Positions 29,247 through 44,063 are shown, numbered from the stretch's first letter. The stretch is 64,000 nt of DNA from Octopus vulgaris (GCA_951406725.2 OX597814.1:29078001-29142000); one strand, 5' to 3'. Translations and numbers: made by a program. The notes: generated from the letters alone by a model not told the origin.

Positions 29247-29282
29247 CTTTTACGTTTCGAGCCTACGCTCTTCTGCAGAAAG
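29247..29282 (-). ncRNA. Minimal hammerhead-like motif with a core variant (CUGCAGA)
   Basis: Minus strand: cttt CTGCAGA a gagc gtag gctc GAAA c GTA aaag; all stems pair. Confidence 0.65.
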
Positions 29283-29504
29283 GTACACAGAAAAAACAAG
29301 AAGAGAAACAAGGAGAGAAAAAAATGTGTGTAGTAGCTAACGATCTATCATGGCGTCTGACTCGGACGTATATATGTGCGTGTGTGTATATATATATATA
29401 TATATATACATATATATGAAGAACAAACACAAGAGAAAAACAACAGCACGAGGTTGTGGTATATGCAAAGTATTAGCAGGCGCTCAGGGAAGGAAAGAAA
29501 GGTA

Positions 29505-29539
29505 GTCCTACGTTTCGAGCAAAGCGCTTCGTCAGAAAC
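29505..29539 (-). ncRNA. Minimal type-I hammerhead ribozyme
   Basis: Minus strand: gttt CTGACGA a gcgc ttt gctc GAAA c GTA ggac. Canonical core, one stem-II mismatch. Confidence 0.75.
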
Positions 29540-29863
29540 AAGAGACGGAGGAAAGTTCAAGAAAAAGGGAAGACGGAGGAAAAAAATCGCCAACGATGCA
29601 CATGTTGTTACATATATATATATATACATGTATATATATATATACATGTAAATAACATATATATATATATATACAAGTATATAACATATATATATACACA
29701 CATACTCACATACATACACACATACATACATACATACATACATACATACATACATACATACATACATACATACATACATGTATATATATATATGCAACAT
29801 GCATTACAGAGAGAGAGATATTCAAACAAACAGGTATAACTATCGCTAAATAGACAGACAGGC

Positions 29864-29909
<46 letters not shown>

Positions 29910-31136
29910 TAAGAGAGAGAGAAGGAGAGAAAGAGAGAAGGACAGACAGACAGAGACACAGAGAGAGTGAGCGAGAGAGAGAAATTTCAGCACAAACATT
30001 GAATGAAAAATTTAAATGCTTTTCGGAAGAATCTTCATTTACAACAAAGATGATTATTTAGAAGTGTCGGCTTATTTTAATAACAAATCGCAATATATTA
30101 CGCGTTTATTGTTTTCATTTTCTTTTCCACCTGAGGTCAGTCGTGATCAAGTAGGCCTTCGATCAATGAAAGATATTTGTTTTTGATTAAAAAAAACAGA
30201 ACTACATTATCCAACGCAACCTTAATTTTTTTTTTAAAGATATTCTCGTGTTTAATGTGTCATTAGAAGGAGACGTAAGCTTAAGAAACGGTACAGTTGC
30301 TTAATATTATTTCGCTTCTCTCCACCATCACAATCCCACACTCTGTTTTATCACATATTTATTACTGAATCAAATGTTCCTTTTATTCGCAGTTTCACAT
30401 CCAAACTATGTAACAAGTGCTCCAGACTTGTCATAAAACAGTTAATAAAGAACCTATTCATATACGGGCGAAATAAACAGACGATAAAATGTTTTTGGTT
30501 TCATCTTTATTTTATTTTATTTATTTTATTGTACTTGTTTATTTTGCTTCAATTTTTTTTTTCTAATGCAAACTCTATTGGGCCTCTGATGGGAGGGGTT
30601 CAAGGCTTGCTAGCATTGACGTGAAGCAATGTTGTATATAATTATTTATCTGTTTGTGAACATACGGATCTACACATGAATATACAATGACAACCTGTAT
30701 TCTCTAGGGGTGATCGCTGGCAATGTATATCAGAGTTTGTCTGATAAAACAACTTTACATTTTCTTGTTTTAATCAAAGAAGAATTGCTCGATGTTTGTG
30801 AAAATGTATGTCACTTACAGTCTAACTCGAGAACAACTTGAGGAAAACGTTCTTACTTGATAATGTGAGATGTAAACATTATACTTATGTTAGTAAACAG
30901 TAATTGAAAATATTTTTAGTTCTATATGGGGCACATTTTATATATTTCTTTACATGGCTTAGTCGAACGAGGCAAGGCAGTACTAACGATAACTTTCAAG
31001 GTCTCTAAGACTAATCATTGATGAGATTATCCTCAAATCGAAGACCCTATGCTCAAAAGTTGACTCCGCCAAATGCGGGGTGTTGTGAAACTGAACCATG
31101 AATTAAATCTACCACCTAAGGGTATTTGACAGCCAT

Positions 31137-31690
31137 GAGGAGCAGCAGTGGCTGTGTGGTAGCTTTCTTCCCTCCCACCACATGGTTCTGGGTTCAGTCC
31201 CACTGCATGGCGGCGAGTTGGAAGAATCGTTAGCATGCCGGGCGAGATGCTTAGCGGTATTTCGTCTGCCGCTACGTTCTGAGTACAAATTCTGCCGAGG
31301 TCGACTTTGCCTTTCATCCTTTCGGGGTCGATAAATTAAGTTCCAGTTACGCACTGGGGTCGATGTATTCGACTTAATACCTATGTCTGTCCTTGTTTGT
31401 CCCTTCTATATTTAGCCCCTTGTGGGTAATAAAGAAATAGGTATTTAGCAGCCATAAGGCGGTGAGCTGGCAGAAACGTTAGCACGCCGGGCGGAATTCT
31501 TAGCAGTATTTCGTCTGCCGCTACGTTGTGAGTTCAAATTCCGCCAAGGTCGACTTTGCCTTTCATCCTTTCGGGGTCGATCAAATAAGTACCAGTTACG
31601 CATTGGAGTCGATATAATCGACTTAAACCGTTTGTCTGTCCTTGTTTGTCCTCCCTGTGTTTAGCCCCTTGTGGGTAGTAAAGAAATAGC
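31137..31690 (+). mobile_element. Family A tRNA head fused to a family B SINE, followed by a second B copy
   Basis: A head 31137-31208 runs into B. The target motif ggtatttgacagccat / ggtatttagcagccat / gctatttagcagccat occurs three times. Confidence 0.85.
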
Positions 31691-32044
31691 TATTTAGCAG
31701 CCATCAGTTTAAGTTGTTTGTAAATATAGTGTAAGCCATTTTCTCTCCCTCCCTCGAACATAACAGTTTTACACATCTCTAATTTGAATGAAATTGCAAG
31801 AACTAGAGGCGTTGATCAATTAATTAATTGATTAATTGACAATGCATTGTATAGCGTTTTTCTCCTTGATACATCAGATCTATCTTCATCATTTAAGGCA
31901 AACTAATTTATTCCTATGGTAAAATTCTAGGCGCGACAAAACCGATGATGGTTTTCTTCTGCAACATTATATCGAAAAGTAACTTTGTAGAAATTCTGAC
32001 CAGTCAAATAATCCGTTTTCTTCTTTTTTTTTTTAGCAATATTA

Positions 32045-32455
32045 GGCGCAGGAGTGGCTGTGTGGTAAGTAGCTTGCCTACCAACCACATAGTTCTGGGT
32101 TCAGTCCCATTGCGTGGCAACTTGGGCAAGTGTCTTCTGCTATAGCCTCGGGCGGACCAATGCCTTGTGAGTGGATTTGGTAGACGGAAACTGAAAGAAG
32201 CCTGTCGTATATATGTATATATATGTATGTATGTGTATGTATATGTTTGTGTGTCTGTGTTTGTCCCTCTAGCATTGCTTGACAACCGATGCTGGTGTGT
32301 TTACGTCCCCGTAACTTAGCGGTTCGGCAAAAGAGACCGATAGAATAAGTACTGGGCTTACAAAGAATAAGTCCCGGGGTCGATTTGTTCGACTAAAGGC
32401 GGTGCTCCAGCATGGCCGCAGTCAAATGACTGAAACAAGTAAAAGAGTAAAGAGT
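32045..32455 (+). mobile_element. SINE family A
   Basis: Full length. Confidence 0.92.
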
Positions 32456-33206
32456 ATTAGAACCAAAAACGTCAGACTTCCTACTCTTCAAGACAATTTA
32501 TTGAATTTATTTAACATTCTTCGAACTTTCCTTTCAAATACTTCCACTTTATGAACAATATATGTAATCTGCAACTAAGTCCATTTGTTTCTTTATATTG
32601 TACTGTTTCGTAGTATTAATCTAATCATATATAAACTACATATTATTGAATTATTCCTCTGTTATTTTAATAACTGAAAATGCTGCTATTATGGAGATAT
32701 TGTTATTCAGCCCAAGATAAATTTTTATTATCGTGCAACCCTATGACCAAAGGCGTGACTATCTGAATTTTTTATATCTAAGAATACACTTTCAAATGTT
32801 TTCTGCTGCTTTAAGATGTTTGATGTGATTTGATGGAACTGACAATTATTTGTAGCCAAAGAGCGACCACATAAATTCTCTTTAACTCACTGTTATGTCT
32901 AATTTTTTTTTCCGTACCATGTCATACTGTATATCGGTCTGTCCTTCTGACAGTACCAAGAGCAGACTTCTTGTTGTTGTCATTTTTCTGAGAAGAGGCT
33001 GCTAATCCTTTGCTCAGTATTTTTCTGTTCAAGAAAAAGAAATGCTGTGAGAAGACACCCACGACTCTTTTCAAAAACACAGAGAGAGAGAGAGAAGAAG
33101 AAAAATCGCTGCTAGTATTTAGCTGGTGCTATCTTTGGACACCGGAAGGATGAAAGACAAAGTTGATCTCTTGCAGTGGCATGGTGCAATGGTTTACTAG
33201 TGACAT

Positions 33207-33437
33207 AGGCGAGCTGGCAGAAACGTTAGCGCGCCGGGCGAAATGCTTAGCGGTATTTCGTCTGCCGTTACGTTGTGAGTTCAAATTCCGCCGAGGTCGA
33301 CTTTGCCTTTCATCCTTTCGGGGTCGATTAAATAAGTACAGTTACGCACTGGGGTCGATATGATCGACTTAATCCGTTTGTCTGTCCTTGTTCGTCCTCT
33401 CTGTGTTTAGCCCCTTGTGGGTAGTAAAGAAATAGGT
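33207..33437 (+). mobile_element. SINE family B
   Basis: TSD ggtttactagtgacat. Confidence 0.92.
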
Positions 33438-35029
33438 TTACTAGTGACATATCTTTCTGCTCGAACAAGATAGAGATTTTCTAACGTTTTGTATGTTTTA
33501 TAAATATACTGCTAAAATAGATTCCGTTTGTCTTTAGTGCATAATTTGATGCTTCCACTACACAAACTCATGATTTGTTCGGCAAATCAAGAGTTTGCAT
33601 TGCATTGAACGTCTACATGAATGCTCAACGCTATTTAGTTTTTAATTCCAGAAACCGTTGGTTAGGGTTTTGTGTTCAAACATCTATCATTGAACACATT
33701 GTTGGTTTCCGATTGAAAAGCTCCAAAAGTGAATGTTCTGGTAGATTGGTGAATTGACAGATCGATACAGATACTTAGGTAGTTACTGTAAATGACTATA
33801 AAGATATATGCACTTACGTATGTTTATTTTTATTTTCATTTTTCTTCTTCTTCGTTATTTAGGAAGTTCTTTATCCAATGTAATAATAGAGAAATCTACT
33901 AAAATAATTTATCGCAATTCCTTGTTTTCACCTTCTCCTCTAACAAAAAACAAACATAAAATGGCGCAGACGTTTCGTTATGTTCCAAGGGACATTAACA
34001 TTATAAATTCCACGGCTTGATGTCTTACTGAAAATGTTACCACCACACTTCCGCCTAATTTGGCTAATTTATCTGCCAAGATGTGTTTTAGCAAGGCGAT
34101 GCAGTAATTTCACGGATGTCTTTCTTCCTTTGTCCTACATCCTAAAATTATCGATAACAGAAATAGCAACCAAGAAAATATCTGAATTGTTTCATTGATT
34201 TGTCTAGTCCAAATACGACCGATGTGATTTTCAGCTTTAATTTATTATTTTTTTTATCAATATATCGGTCTTTCTTACACATTAGTCTCTATTCAACAAG
34301 TCAGCAAGTAATTGCTTGAAGATTATCATTATTAGGAACTATTCTTAATTTCTTCCTGTCCTCGTTTCATCATTTCATTTTTGGTTTCTACTCATTTCCT
34401 TCGATTTTCCCAACTATGATCAATTTTATAAATAAGGGTTCTGTACTTTTCTATGAATATATATATATATTTTTTTCCTTCCCGAAGTAGCTTTGTTTTT
34501 CTTTCTCTAGTACTTAACCCTAAGTAATTAATCCAAAAGCCTGCACTTAGGTTTCAGAAACAGCACTGTGTTGTGACAGGTCATATTTTCAATGCCATGT
34601 AACCCTTAATGTGTGGTTGGGGGAGGTCAACACATAAAATGTGTCAAATGGCAAACCAAAGCCGTGTGATGGAATCCTCACCGCTTTTCTTACACACAAG
34701 GACCGGAAATGAAAAAAAGTATAACCTAACTATGAAAAGATATATCACGCAGGGAAGCCATCCGCATGTTAAATCTTCAGTTAAGTTACTGTTAACATAT
34801 TTCTTTTAAAAAAGCTAACTAATGGTTATTATATGAGAAAAACAAATAAACTAATGAGCGACCAAAATAATTTTAATTTCAGGACACTGTGGCGGGAAAA
34901 TTCTACGCATGCTTCTGTTATAACATGACCATTCTCACTAAAGCTTATCTGTCCTCGAACGTGTCTAAGTAGTAACAAAAGAATCACAACACTGCTGCAC
35001 GAGAGTCATCAATCTTAATATCAATATCT

Positions 35030-35187
35030 CTTTCTTTACTACCCACAAGGGGCTAAACACAGAGAGGACAAACAATGACAGACAAACAGATTAAGTCGAT
35101 TATATCGACCCCAGTACGTAACTGGTACTTATTTAATCGACCCCGAAAGGATGAAAGGCAAAGTCGACCTCAGCGGAATTTGAACTC
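35030..35187 (-). mobile_element. SINE family B, 5'-truncated
   Basis: Reverse match to the B 3' half. Confidence 0.85.
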
Positions 35188-35517
35188 TTACTGTTCACTT
35201 TTCGAAGCTTGTATGAATCAGATGGAATGCAGATTTTCTACAGCTGGATGCTGTTTCTGTTGCCAACCCTCGACTATTTCTAAGCAAGGTAAAATTTCAC
35301 CATGGCCGAACATGTTTTTACGGTAGATTGGAAATGAAAAGTCTCGCATGTACGACAGTGACGCACGTTCGTCACACAGTGTTACCGTATGTGTGTTGTG
35401 TATGCGTGCGTGCTTATTTGTACGTGTATGTATATATGCGCATATATCTGAATGTGTAGGTATGTTCAAAAATGTGTATAATGTATGTGTGCATATGGGT
35501 ATATATATATATATATA

Positions 35518-35707
35518 AGCCGGGCGTAGCCATATTTCGTCTGCCGTTACGTTCTGAGTTCAAATTCCACCGAGGTTGACTTTGCCTTTCATCCTTTCGG
35601 GGTCGATAAATTAAGTATCAGTTACGCACTGGGGTCGATATAATCGACTTAATCCGTTTATCTGTCCTTGTTTGTCTCTTCTGTGTTTAGCCCCTCGTGA
35701 GTAGTAA

Positions 35708-35710
<3 letters not shown>
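35518..35710 (+). mobile_element. SINE family B in (TA)n
   Basis: Match to B. Confidence 0.85.
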
Positions 35711-35762
<52 letters not shown>

Positions 35763-36085
35763 CGTGTGTGTGTGTGTGTGTGTGTGTGCATGAGTATATA
35801 TCTATACAAGCATTCTCTGCTTTACGGATACATCAGGTTACTGGATTTAACGCTTACGGAAATTGTAAAGTATGACCATTAATTTCGGGAAACGGTCTAT
35901 AAATTCGCTCATATAAAACTCATATTAATGTAGTTTTAAATTGCCAACAATTTATATCTACACATTCTTCTTAGCTCAATGGCCACTCGCGTTTTAGTTA
36001 CGGTCACAATGCATGACTGGCGATTTAGAAAACTACCATCACATTACACACATACAGGTAAACACATACACGCATGTATGTATAA

Positions 36086-36127
<42 letters not shown>

Positions 36128-37059
36128 GTGTGTTTCTATCATCAACACGAACATGGCTACCAATAGCAACAATAATATATAGCATGAAGTTGATAAGCAA
36201 ATACATTTATGCAATTATTTGAAACCAACTGAAATTAAATGTAGCCGCTTTTTCTACTTGGATTTATAAAAATAAACAAGCGGTCATAAACGGTTTCTCG
36301 AGTAAGGTAGTAGTAGTTGTAGCAGCAGCAGCAGCAGCAGCAGCAATAGTAGTGGTAGTAGCAGCAAACGTAACTTTGTTATTGACTATTTAAGAACGAT
36401 AAGCCGTTACTATTTTTTTTTTTTAGATGCTTATCCATTTCCTAATATAGAAGACCTCGCGTGTTCGATTTCCTACAATAAATTCTAAAGTAGCATATCA
36501 CCAGATACAACTCCAAAAAGAATATAAGTATACTGTTTTCAAGAAAACGAGCATTTACCTTTCCAAGTGAGTTTCCAAAAGTTGATGGATGAAATAATTA
36601 CTTATGCGTGTGTTTTTATTGGCTAAACTGGCAATATGACCATTCCGAAATATAACAATATCTGTTTCAACACACGACTTCACATAAAAAATCTTGCACA
36701 ACAAATATTTAAACGAAATAATTACTGACAACTTCAAAGAAATTTATACTTGCGTCGACGATACTATTGTCATTGGTAAAATTACTGAAGAGCAAGACAA
36801 GAATTTAAGGAAATTTATTTCAGTCTCTAAAAGACTAAGCATTAGTTTAAGTAATAATAAATGTATTCGCCACATATATATTTGTTATCTAGGATACAAA
36901 TTAGAGAGTAATTTGCTGAAAACTGACCGGAAAAGACTCAAAACCCTTGTTGATGCCAGATACCTAGCAATGCAGAACAACCACAACGACTACTGCTATC
37001 GTTTAATTACTACTTAAAATGTGTCTGATTTCTCGGAACTAATTCAGCCCTACTAAATA

Positions 37060-38361
37060 CAGGGTGGAGCAGAGAGGACGGACGTTTTTGAGAAATTCAC
37101 AATATCATTAATTTTAGCTGCAAACAAGTTTTATTGACATCAATATGTTCGTATTGAATTAACATTTGTCAAAATCAAGTGTGGTAAACAACATCCATCA
37201 TGTGGTGTCCGTTTTCATTGATGCATTTCTGAAGGCGTTCTTGGAAGTTGGTCTCCACTCTCTCCAGCATTGCTCTGTCGATTTAGGCGACTTCCACGCG
37301 AATATCTTCCTTCAAAATCGTCCAGTGTACGGGTATTATGCGCATACACACATGCCTTGACGTCTCCCGAGAAAAAATAATTACACGTGGATAAATCAGG
37401 GGACCGAAAGGGCCAAGGAATGTCAGTAAGCCTGGAAATGAGGCGGTCACCGAAGAGAGGGCGAAGAACGTCCATTGATACTCTGGTTGTGTGGGCCGTC
37501 GCCGCATCCTGCTGAAAACACACACGTCGAATAGGCATACGTTTCCGTCGTAATTCAGCCACAAAGAAGTTTATCATCTCGATGTAACGCTCGGAATTCA
37601 CAGTAACAGCATTTCCATTATTGTCTTCAAAAAAGTAAGGACCAATCACGGCAGCTTTTTCCAACAGCACACCAGACTGTTACTTTTGTGCTGTGCAGTG
37701 GTCTTTCATGCAGTTCTCTTGGATTTTCAAGAACCCAATAACGACAGTTCTGTTGATTCACTATGTCATTGAGATGAAAATGAATTTCATTACGCATTAA
37801 CAAAATGAGGTTGTCATTTGCCTCAGAAACTGTTTCCATCTGACGTGCGAAGTGGTTTCAACTGTTGCCCAATGACAAATTTCTACGGGTTGAAATGCAG
37901 GTCTTCATGCAAAATACATCTTACCGATCGATTACCAATGCCAAGTCCTGTGGAATGCCTCCGAGCAGAGCTATTCGGACTCCGTTTCAAAGCTTGTCTG
38001 ACGAGTTCCACATTTTCCAGAGTCCATACCGTTCGTGACGCCCCTACCAATCTTCTATCCATTAGTGTACCTTGTGTACGAAGTACATTCACCCAACGTA
38101 AAATTGTGTTACGGGTGGGAACAGCCTGATTTCGGTGAATGTTGAAGTGGCGCCGAAATTCTTGCAGAACTGCTGTGACAGACTCATTATTCTTCACGTA
38201 AATGTCGTAAGTAAACACGCGATGCTCTATCGTCCGCAACACCATGGCTTCACCTGAAAAGAAAAAAAATATGCTAAGACACCACGGACCGAATGGTACC
38301 TGTCGAACTGGGTCTGAGTAATAACCATTTCAAAAACGTCCGTCTTCTCTGCCCCACCCTG
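37060..38361 (-). mobile_element. Tc1/mariner DD41D (rosa/Visitor-type) transposon with frameshifted transposase
   Basis: TIRs cagggtggagcagagaggacggacgtttttg and caaaaacgtccgtcttctctgccccaccctg; TA on the left. ORF pieces HFHLN..VNQQNCRYW and FQQDAATAHT..WPFRSPDLSTCNYFF, with 41 residues between D2 and the third catalytic position (here N). Confidence 0.92.
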
Positions 38362-38899
38362 TGCCACTTTTCCGTTGTAAAGATATATTTCAATTGCTTG
38401 AAACTCCAATAGTTACCCCACCCCAACCCTCTCTCTCTCTCTCTCTCCTGCCTATATCACCCAAAATTCCACTGTATTCTAACATTCTTGGAGGGACAAT
38501 ATCTGATAACTTTCCCCAGTTTAGTGAACCTGTCGTATTCTTCTCCAGAAAATTTATTCGTCCTGAGCAAAATCTCTCGTTTAAAAACAAGAATATGCTA
38601 ACACAAGAAGTATAAGAGGCCGTTTTACATTACATATAATCAACTGATATCATTTACATTTAGCCACAATAAAGTAGATGAAAACAAAGAAAAATAACAT
38701 TCTTCGTTGGTGGATGGAAGTGTCATTCCACAATTATGCATTCGACAAAGAGGAAACAGCAACTGATGCTCTTACGAAGGTGTTCTGTCATAACATATAG
38801 ATTCACAGATCAACAAAAGCTTTTGTGTCATGTTGGAGTGACTTGAATATGGCACGATGACCGATCCAATAAATTCCCATTTACTTGGACTATCTTTTA

Positions 38900-39282
38900 G
38901 TCATCTTTCACTCACTGAACTGCGAGAATGGTGAGGCTCCGCCTTGAAGGGTTTAATCGTACAAATCGATCCCACTTCTTTTCTTTTTACCGCTGGTATT
39001 TGTTCTATCGATCTCTTTCGTCAAACCGCTAAGTTACGGTGACGTCAACAAACTAACACCGGTAAAGCGGGGGCGACAAACAATCACAACTCACACATGC
39101 ACACAAATATATGTATGCGACGAACTTCCAAATAGTTTCCGTCAACTAAATTTACTCACAAGGCGTTGGGCAGCCCAAGGCTATAGTGGAAGACATTTGC
39201 TCAACGTGCAGCGCAGTGAGACTGAACCCGAAACCACATAGTTGCAAAGCGAGCTTCTTAACCATGCAGACAAGCCTGCACC
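38900..39282 (-). mobile_element. Old diverged SINE family A
   Basis: Diverged match to the A head and tail. Confidence 0.75.
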
Positions 39283-39439
39283 GAAGTCTTTTCATAAAAA
39301 AAGAATATGATAAATGCATTGCATGCTAAGAATTGAAACCTCGATTCTTTTATCCATCTCAAGTCAAACTTTTCAAGTCCACGCAACGCTTCAGCGTCTC
39401 GGTGCTGGCTTCAAAGTTCCTTTGTCAGTGTATAACTCA

Positions 39440-39863
39440 TTTCTACACCAGGCACAAGGCCTGAAATTTTATGGGAAGGGGGCAATCGATTAGATCCCAG
39501 CACGCAACTGCCATTTAATTTATCGATCCCGAAAGGATGAAAGGCAAAGTCGACCTTGGCGTAATTTGAACTCAGAACATAAAGACAGATGAAATACCAC
39601 TGAGCATTTAACCTGGCGTGCTAACGTTTCTTATTTCTTTATTACCCACAAGGGACTAAACATAGAGGAGACAAACAAGGACAGACAAAAGGATTTAGTC
39701 GATTACATTGACCCCAGTGCGTAACTGGTACTTAATTTATCGACCCCGAAAGGATGAAAGGCAAAGTCGACCTTGGCGGAATTTAAAGTCAGAACGTAAC
39801 GGCAGACGAAGTACCGCTAAGCACTTCGCCCGGCATGCTAACGTTTCTGCTAGCTCGCCGCCT
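39440..39863 (-). mobile_element. SINE family B dimer/chimera
   Basis: Two ggatgaaaggcaaagtcgacc blocks. Confidence 0.85.
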
Positions 39864-40224
39864 TCAGTGTATAACTCTTACCGACACTTGTTGGTTATTA
39901 TAGATGAATACTTTAAGTTTTCCTTCGCGTTTGCGAGTTCAAACGTAAGGATTCCTACAGTAATTTGTTATCTTCAAAATGCATTCTTCCTGTTTGATGC
40001 TTCAGCTTCAATTCACTCAGTCTGAGAGTCCCTTTTATGTCTCAAGAAGATTTTACATTTTTTGGAAAAATATTATTTCATGCTATTCTACTGGAAACAG
40101 TCAAGACGTCCAAAAATAATTCCAAGGAGAACCCAACGTAGACACAAGCATTAGTAAGTTGACGGAACGACTGGTCTCTTATTCGGCGATACTCAGTTAT
40201 ATATGCATACATACATAGTACATG

Positions 40225-40527
40225 AATGGCCCAGTGGTTAGGGCAGCTGACTCGCGGTCGTAGGATCGTGGTTTCGATTCCCAGACCGGGCGTTGTGAGT
40301 GTTTATTGAGTGAAAACACCTAAAGCTCCACGAGGCTCCGGCAGAGGGTGGTGGCGATCCCTGCTGTACTCTTTCGCTACAACTTTCTCTTACTCTTTCT
40401 TCTGTTGGTCTGCTCGCTTAGCCAGCGGGGTGGCGTCACTTAAAGGCTAAAACAATGCGAAGCGCACTGTGGCCAGCGATGTGTAGCAACATCTGATAGC
40501 CTGGTCGGTCACGGTGATCATGGTGAC
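40225..40527 (+). mobile_element. SINE subfamily C2 (C head, alternative tail)
   Basis: Tail gctcgcttagccagcggggtggcgtca...ggtcggtcacggtga; TSD acatagtacat. Confidence 0.9.
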
Positions 40528-41471
40528 ATAGTACATATATACACACATCCAAGCATGTAAATGTATGTATGTATGTATGTAAATGTTAAATTTTTATTAT
40601 TTTAAGGCAATGTTAAGAATATCTACGAAACAGTTATTTATTGGAGGATCTCATGTCGAGAGTAGAATCAAATTTGTTGCAACATTATCATAAGAGATGT
40701 AAACCCTAACATTTATTCCTCTCTAAGACATTTATTCTATCACATCAACAACAAGCAAAGTTAATATCATAATTTCCGACAGAGCCTCTGTTTCTTTTAG
40801 TGCTGAAATTGTATTGCTTTCTTTTTCCATTGCGTCATCAGAGGATATTACAGAAAGGAAGAGAGACGAGTTTACAGCTAATTTATAGAGACGACAGCAG
40901 GAAAATCAGAAAACTATTTATGACAAATCTACAGGTAACTCAATTCGTGAAAGGAATCAAACAACTTGCTGCCAAAACTTAAGAAATTAAAATTCTGACT
41001 CACCTTTATGATTATCAAACCATGACTTGTGAATGGAGTTTTTAAGCAGAATTCAAAACAAACAGTATTTTTGTTTTGTGATTGAAATGCGATGAGAAGA
41101 ACAACGTGAAAGAGATCTGATGTTAAGCTTCAGCTAATCGACAAATATATTTTCTAAGGTTAAGCTATTCTATTTAGATCATGAATAAATCAAATATTAC
41201 TAGAATTTATTTGCAAGTGTGCAACTTATACGTGTATGTATGTAGATATGTATGTACGTGTACATACATGCATAAATGTGTGTGTGTGCGTGTGTGTGTT
41301 TACACGCGTGCACACGCATGTATGTATGTTTATATATGTGCATTGAAATTCTGATGATTTTTGGCTGATAAATGATGAGGTTGGGGTAGTATATCCACGT
41401 CATTTGTGTGTTTTCTCACTGTTTTCCATATCCTCTTTCGTCGTTCTCTCGTGCCACATTTTACTATTTCA

Positions 41472-42467
<996 letters not shown>

Positions 42468-42842
42468 TGTCTCTGTGTGTCTGTGTGTATGTGTATTTAT
42501 AAATATTTCGTTTTTAGATTTGGTTTTCAAGATTCTTTATATGAGTTCGTGTGTTGAAGCATATTCTGTTGTGTCCGGGGAGAGTCATTTTCTTTTTGTG
42601 CCTTATAATTTCACACACTCACCGGTGAAATTTCCACTTATTCCTTATTTTTATTTTCCTAAAAGTTTCGTTGCATATATATACGCGTATATCTACATAT
42701 ATATATATACATATATATATATATACATATAGATATATATATACATACATATATATATATATACTCGCCGGTGAAATTTCCACTTATTCCTTATTTTTAT
42801 TTTCCTAAAAGTTTCGTTGCATATATATACGTGTATATCTAC

Positions 42843-42885
<43 letters not shown>

Positions 42886-42894
42886 GATATATAT

Positions 42895-42967
<73 letters not shown>

Positions 42968-42983
42968 TATATGTATATGTATG

Positions 42984-43035
<52 letters not shown>

Positions 43036-43036
<1 letters not shown>

Positions 43037-43541
43037 TAGCTGACGTAACCAGTAATTCCCGGGGAAGCGTTGTTATCCCTTCGTTCCGTAACTCATAATT
43101 GTTTCGCTAATCCAATAACAGCAATAGGAATTACGTAGCTCTTAAAACGATTTTTGTGCATTTAGAGAGAATACCGAACTGTCTTACATAGGATGTTGTT
43201 TTTAGGAATTCCGAATAAGTTGTGAATACCCAAATAGTGAAGTCAGTTACGTAATAACATGAAATTACTTACTCGATATAAGGTAGTCCCGTAAAAGGCT
43301 TTAATGCTTTCCTAGAATATATAGAACTTAGGAGGAAATACCAATAAAATATGTATACCAAAATCGTGAAGCATGTTACGTAATAACAGTCTAATAAGAT
43401 ATGAGTTAATAACAATTCAAAGTAAATAAGTCTGGAAAGAGCTTTTGTGCGTTCACAGAGAATATTACCATCCGGGGCGCAAGTGTTGAAATAGATTTAC
43501 AATGAATATAGAAACAGACTGACATTTAGTTTTACAATAGA
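43036..43541 (-). mobile_element. Putative non-autonomous Helitron, second family
   Basis: 3' CTAG next to a GC-rich subterminal stretch; minus-strand 5' end TCTATTGTAAAACTAAATGTCAGTCTGT resembles H1 5' ends. Confidence 0.6.
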
Positions 43542-43704
43542 CATACAAATGAATTTGCGTATAGATTTTAAAATAAAATAACATTTAGTTTATCAATATA
43601 TTTACAACACTAACGAATACATCAACACAGCTATAAATACGAATTAAGAAAATGTTAATACATGTAAACAGCGTGTGTAATATGTATGAATACAGTGCAT
43701 ATAG

Positions 43705-44063
43705 TGAAGGCGCATGGCTCAGGTGAAGGCGCATGGCTCAGTGGTTAGAGCGTCGAGCTTACGATCGTGAGGTTGTGAGCTCGAATCCCGGACAGGGCTG
43801 CGTGTTGTGTTCTTGAGCAAGACACTTTATTTCACGTTGCTCCAGTTCACTCAGCTGTAGAAATGAGTTGCGACGTCACGAGTGCCAAGCTGTATCGGCC
43901 CCTTTGCCTTTCCCTTGGATAACATCGGTGACGTGGAGAGGGGAGGCCGGTATGCATGGGCGACGGCTGGTCTTCCATAAACAACTATGCCCAGACTTGT
44001 GACTAGGAGGGTAACTTTCTAGGTGCAATCCCATGGTCAGTGTCGTGACCGAAGGGGGTCCCC
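43705..44063 (+). mobile_element. SINE family D with a duplicated 19-bp 5' end
   Basis: gtgaaggcgcatggctcag twice; TSD acagtgcatat. Confidence 0.92.

Larger units (their letters stand above)
36375..40030 (+). pseudogene. Decayed Ty3/Gypsy pol (RT, RNase H, integrase) with nested insertions
   Basis: Fragments in Gypsy domain order: LDAYPFPNIEDL, KVAYHQIQL, IYTCVDDTIVIGK..ICYLGY (RT); GGTIS..EPVVFFSRK, LRWWME (RNase H); HLLVIIDEYFKFSFAF..IHS (integrase). Confidence 0.85.

Noticed and set aside
33640-40940. Isolated splice-like signals near 33650, 34880 and 40800-40935
   Set aside because: No consistent reading frame or recognisable protein links them; such signals are expected by chance in AT-rich DNA.
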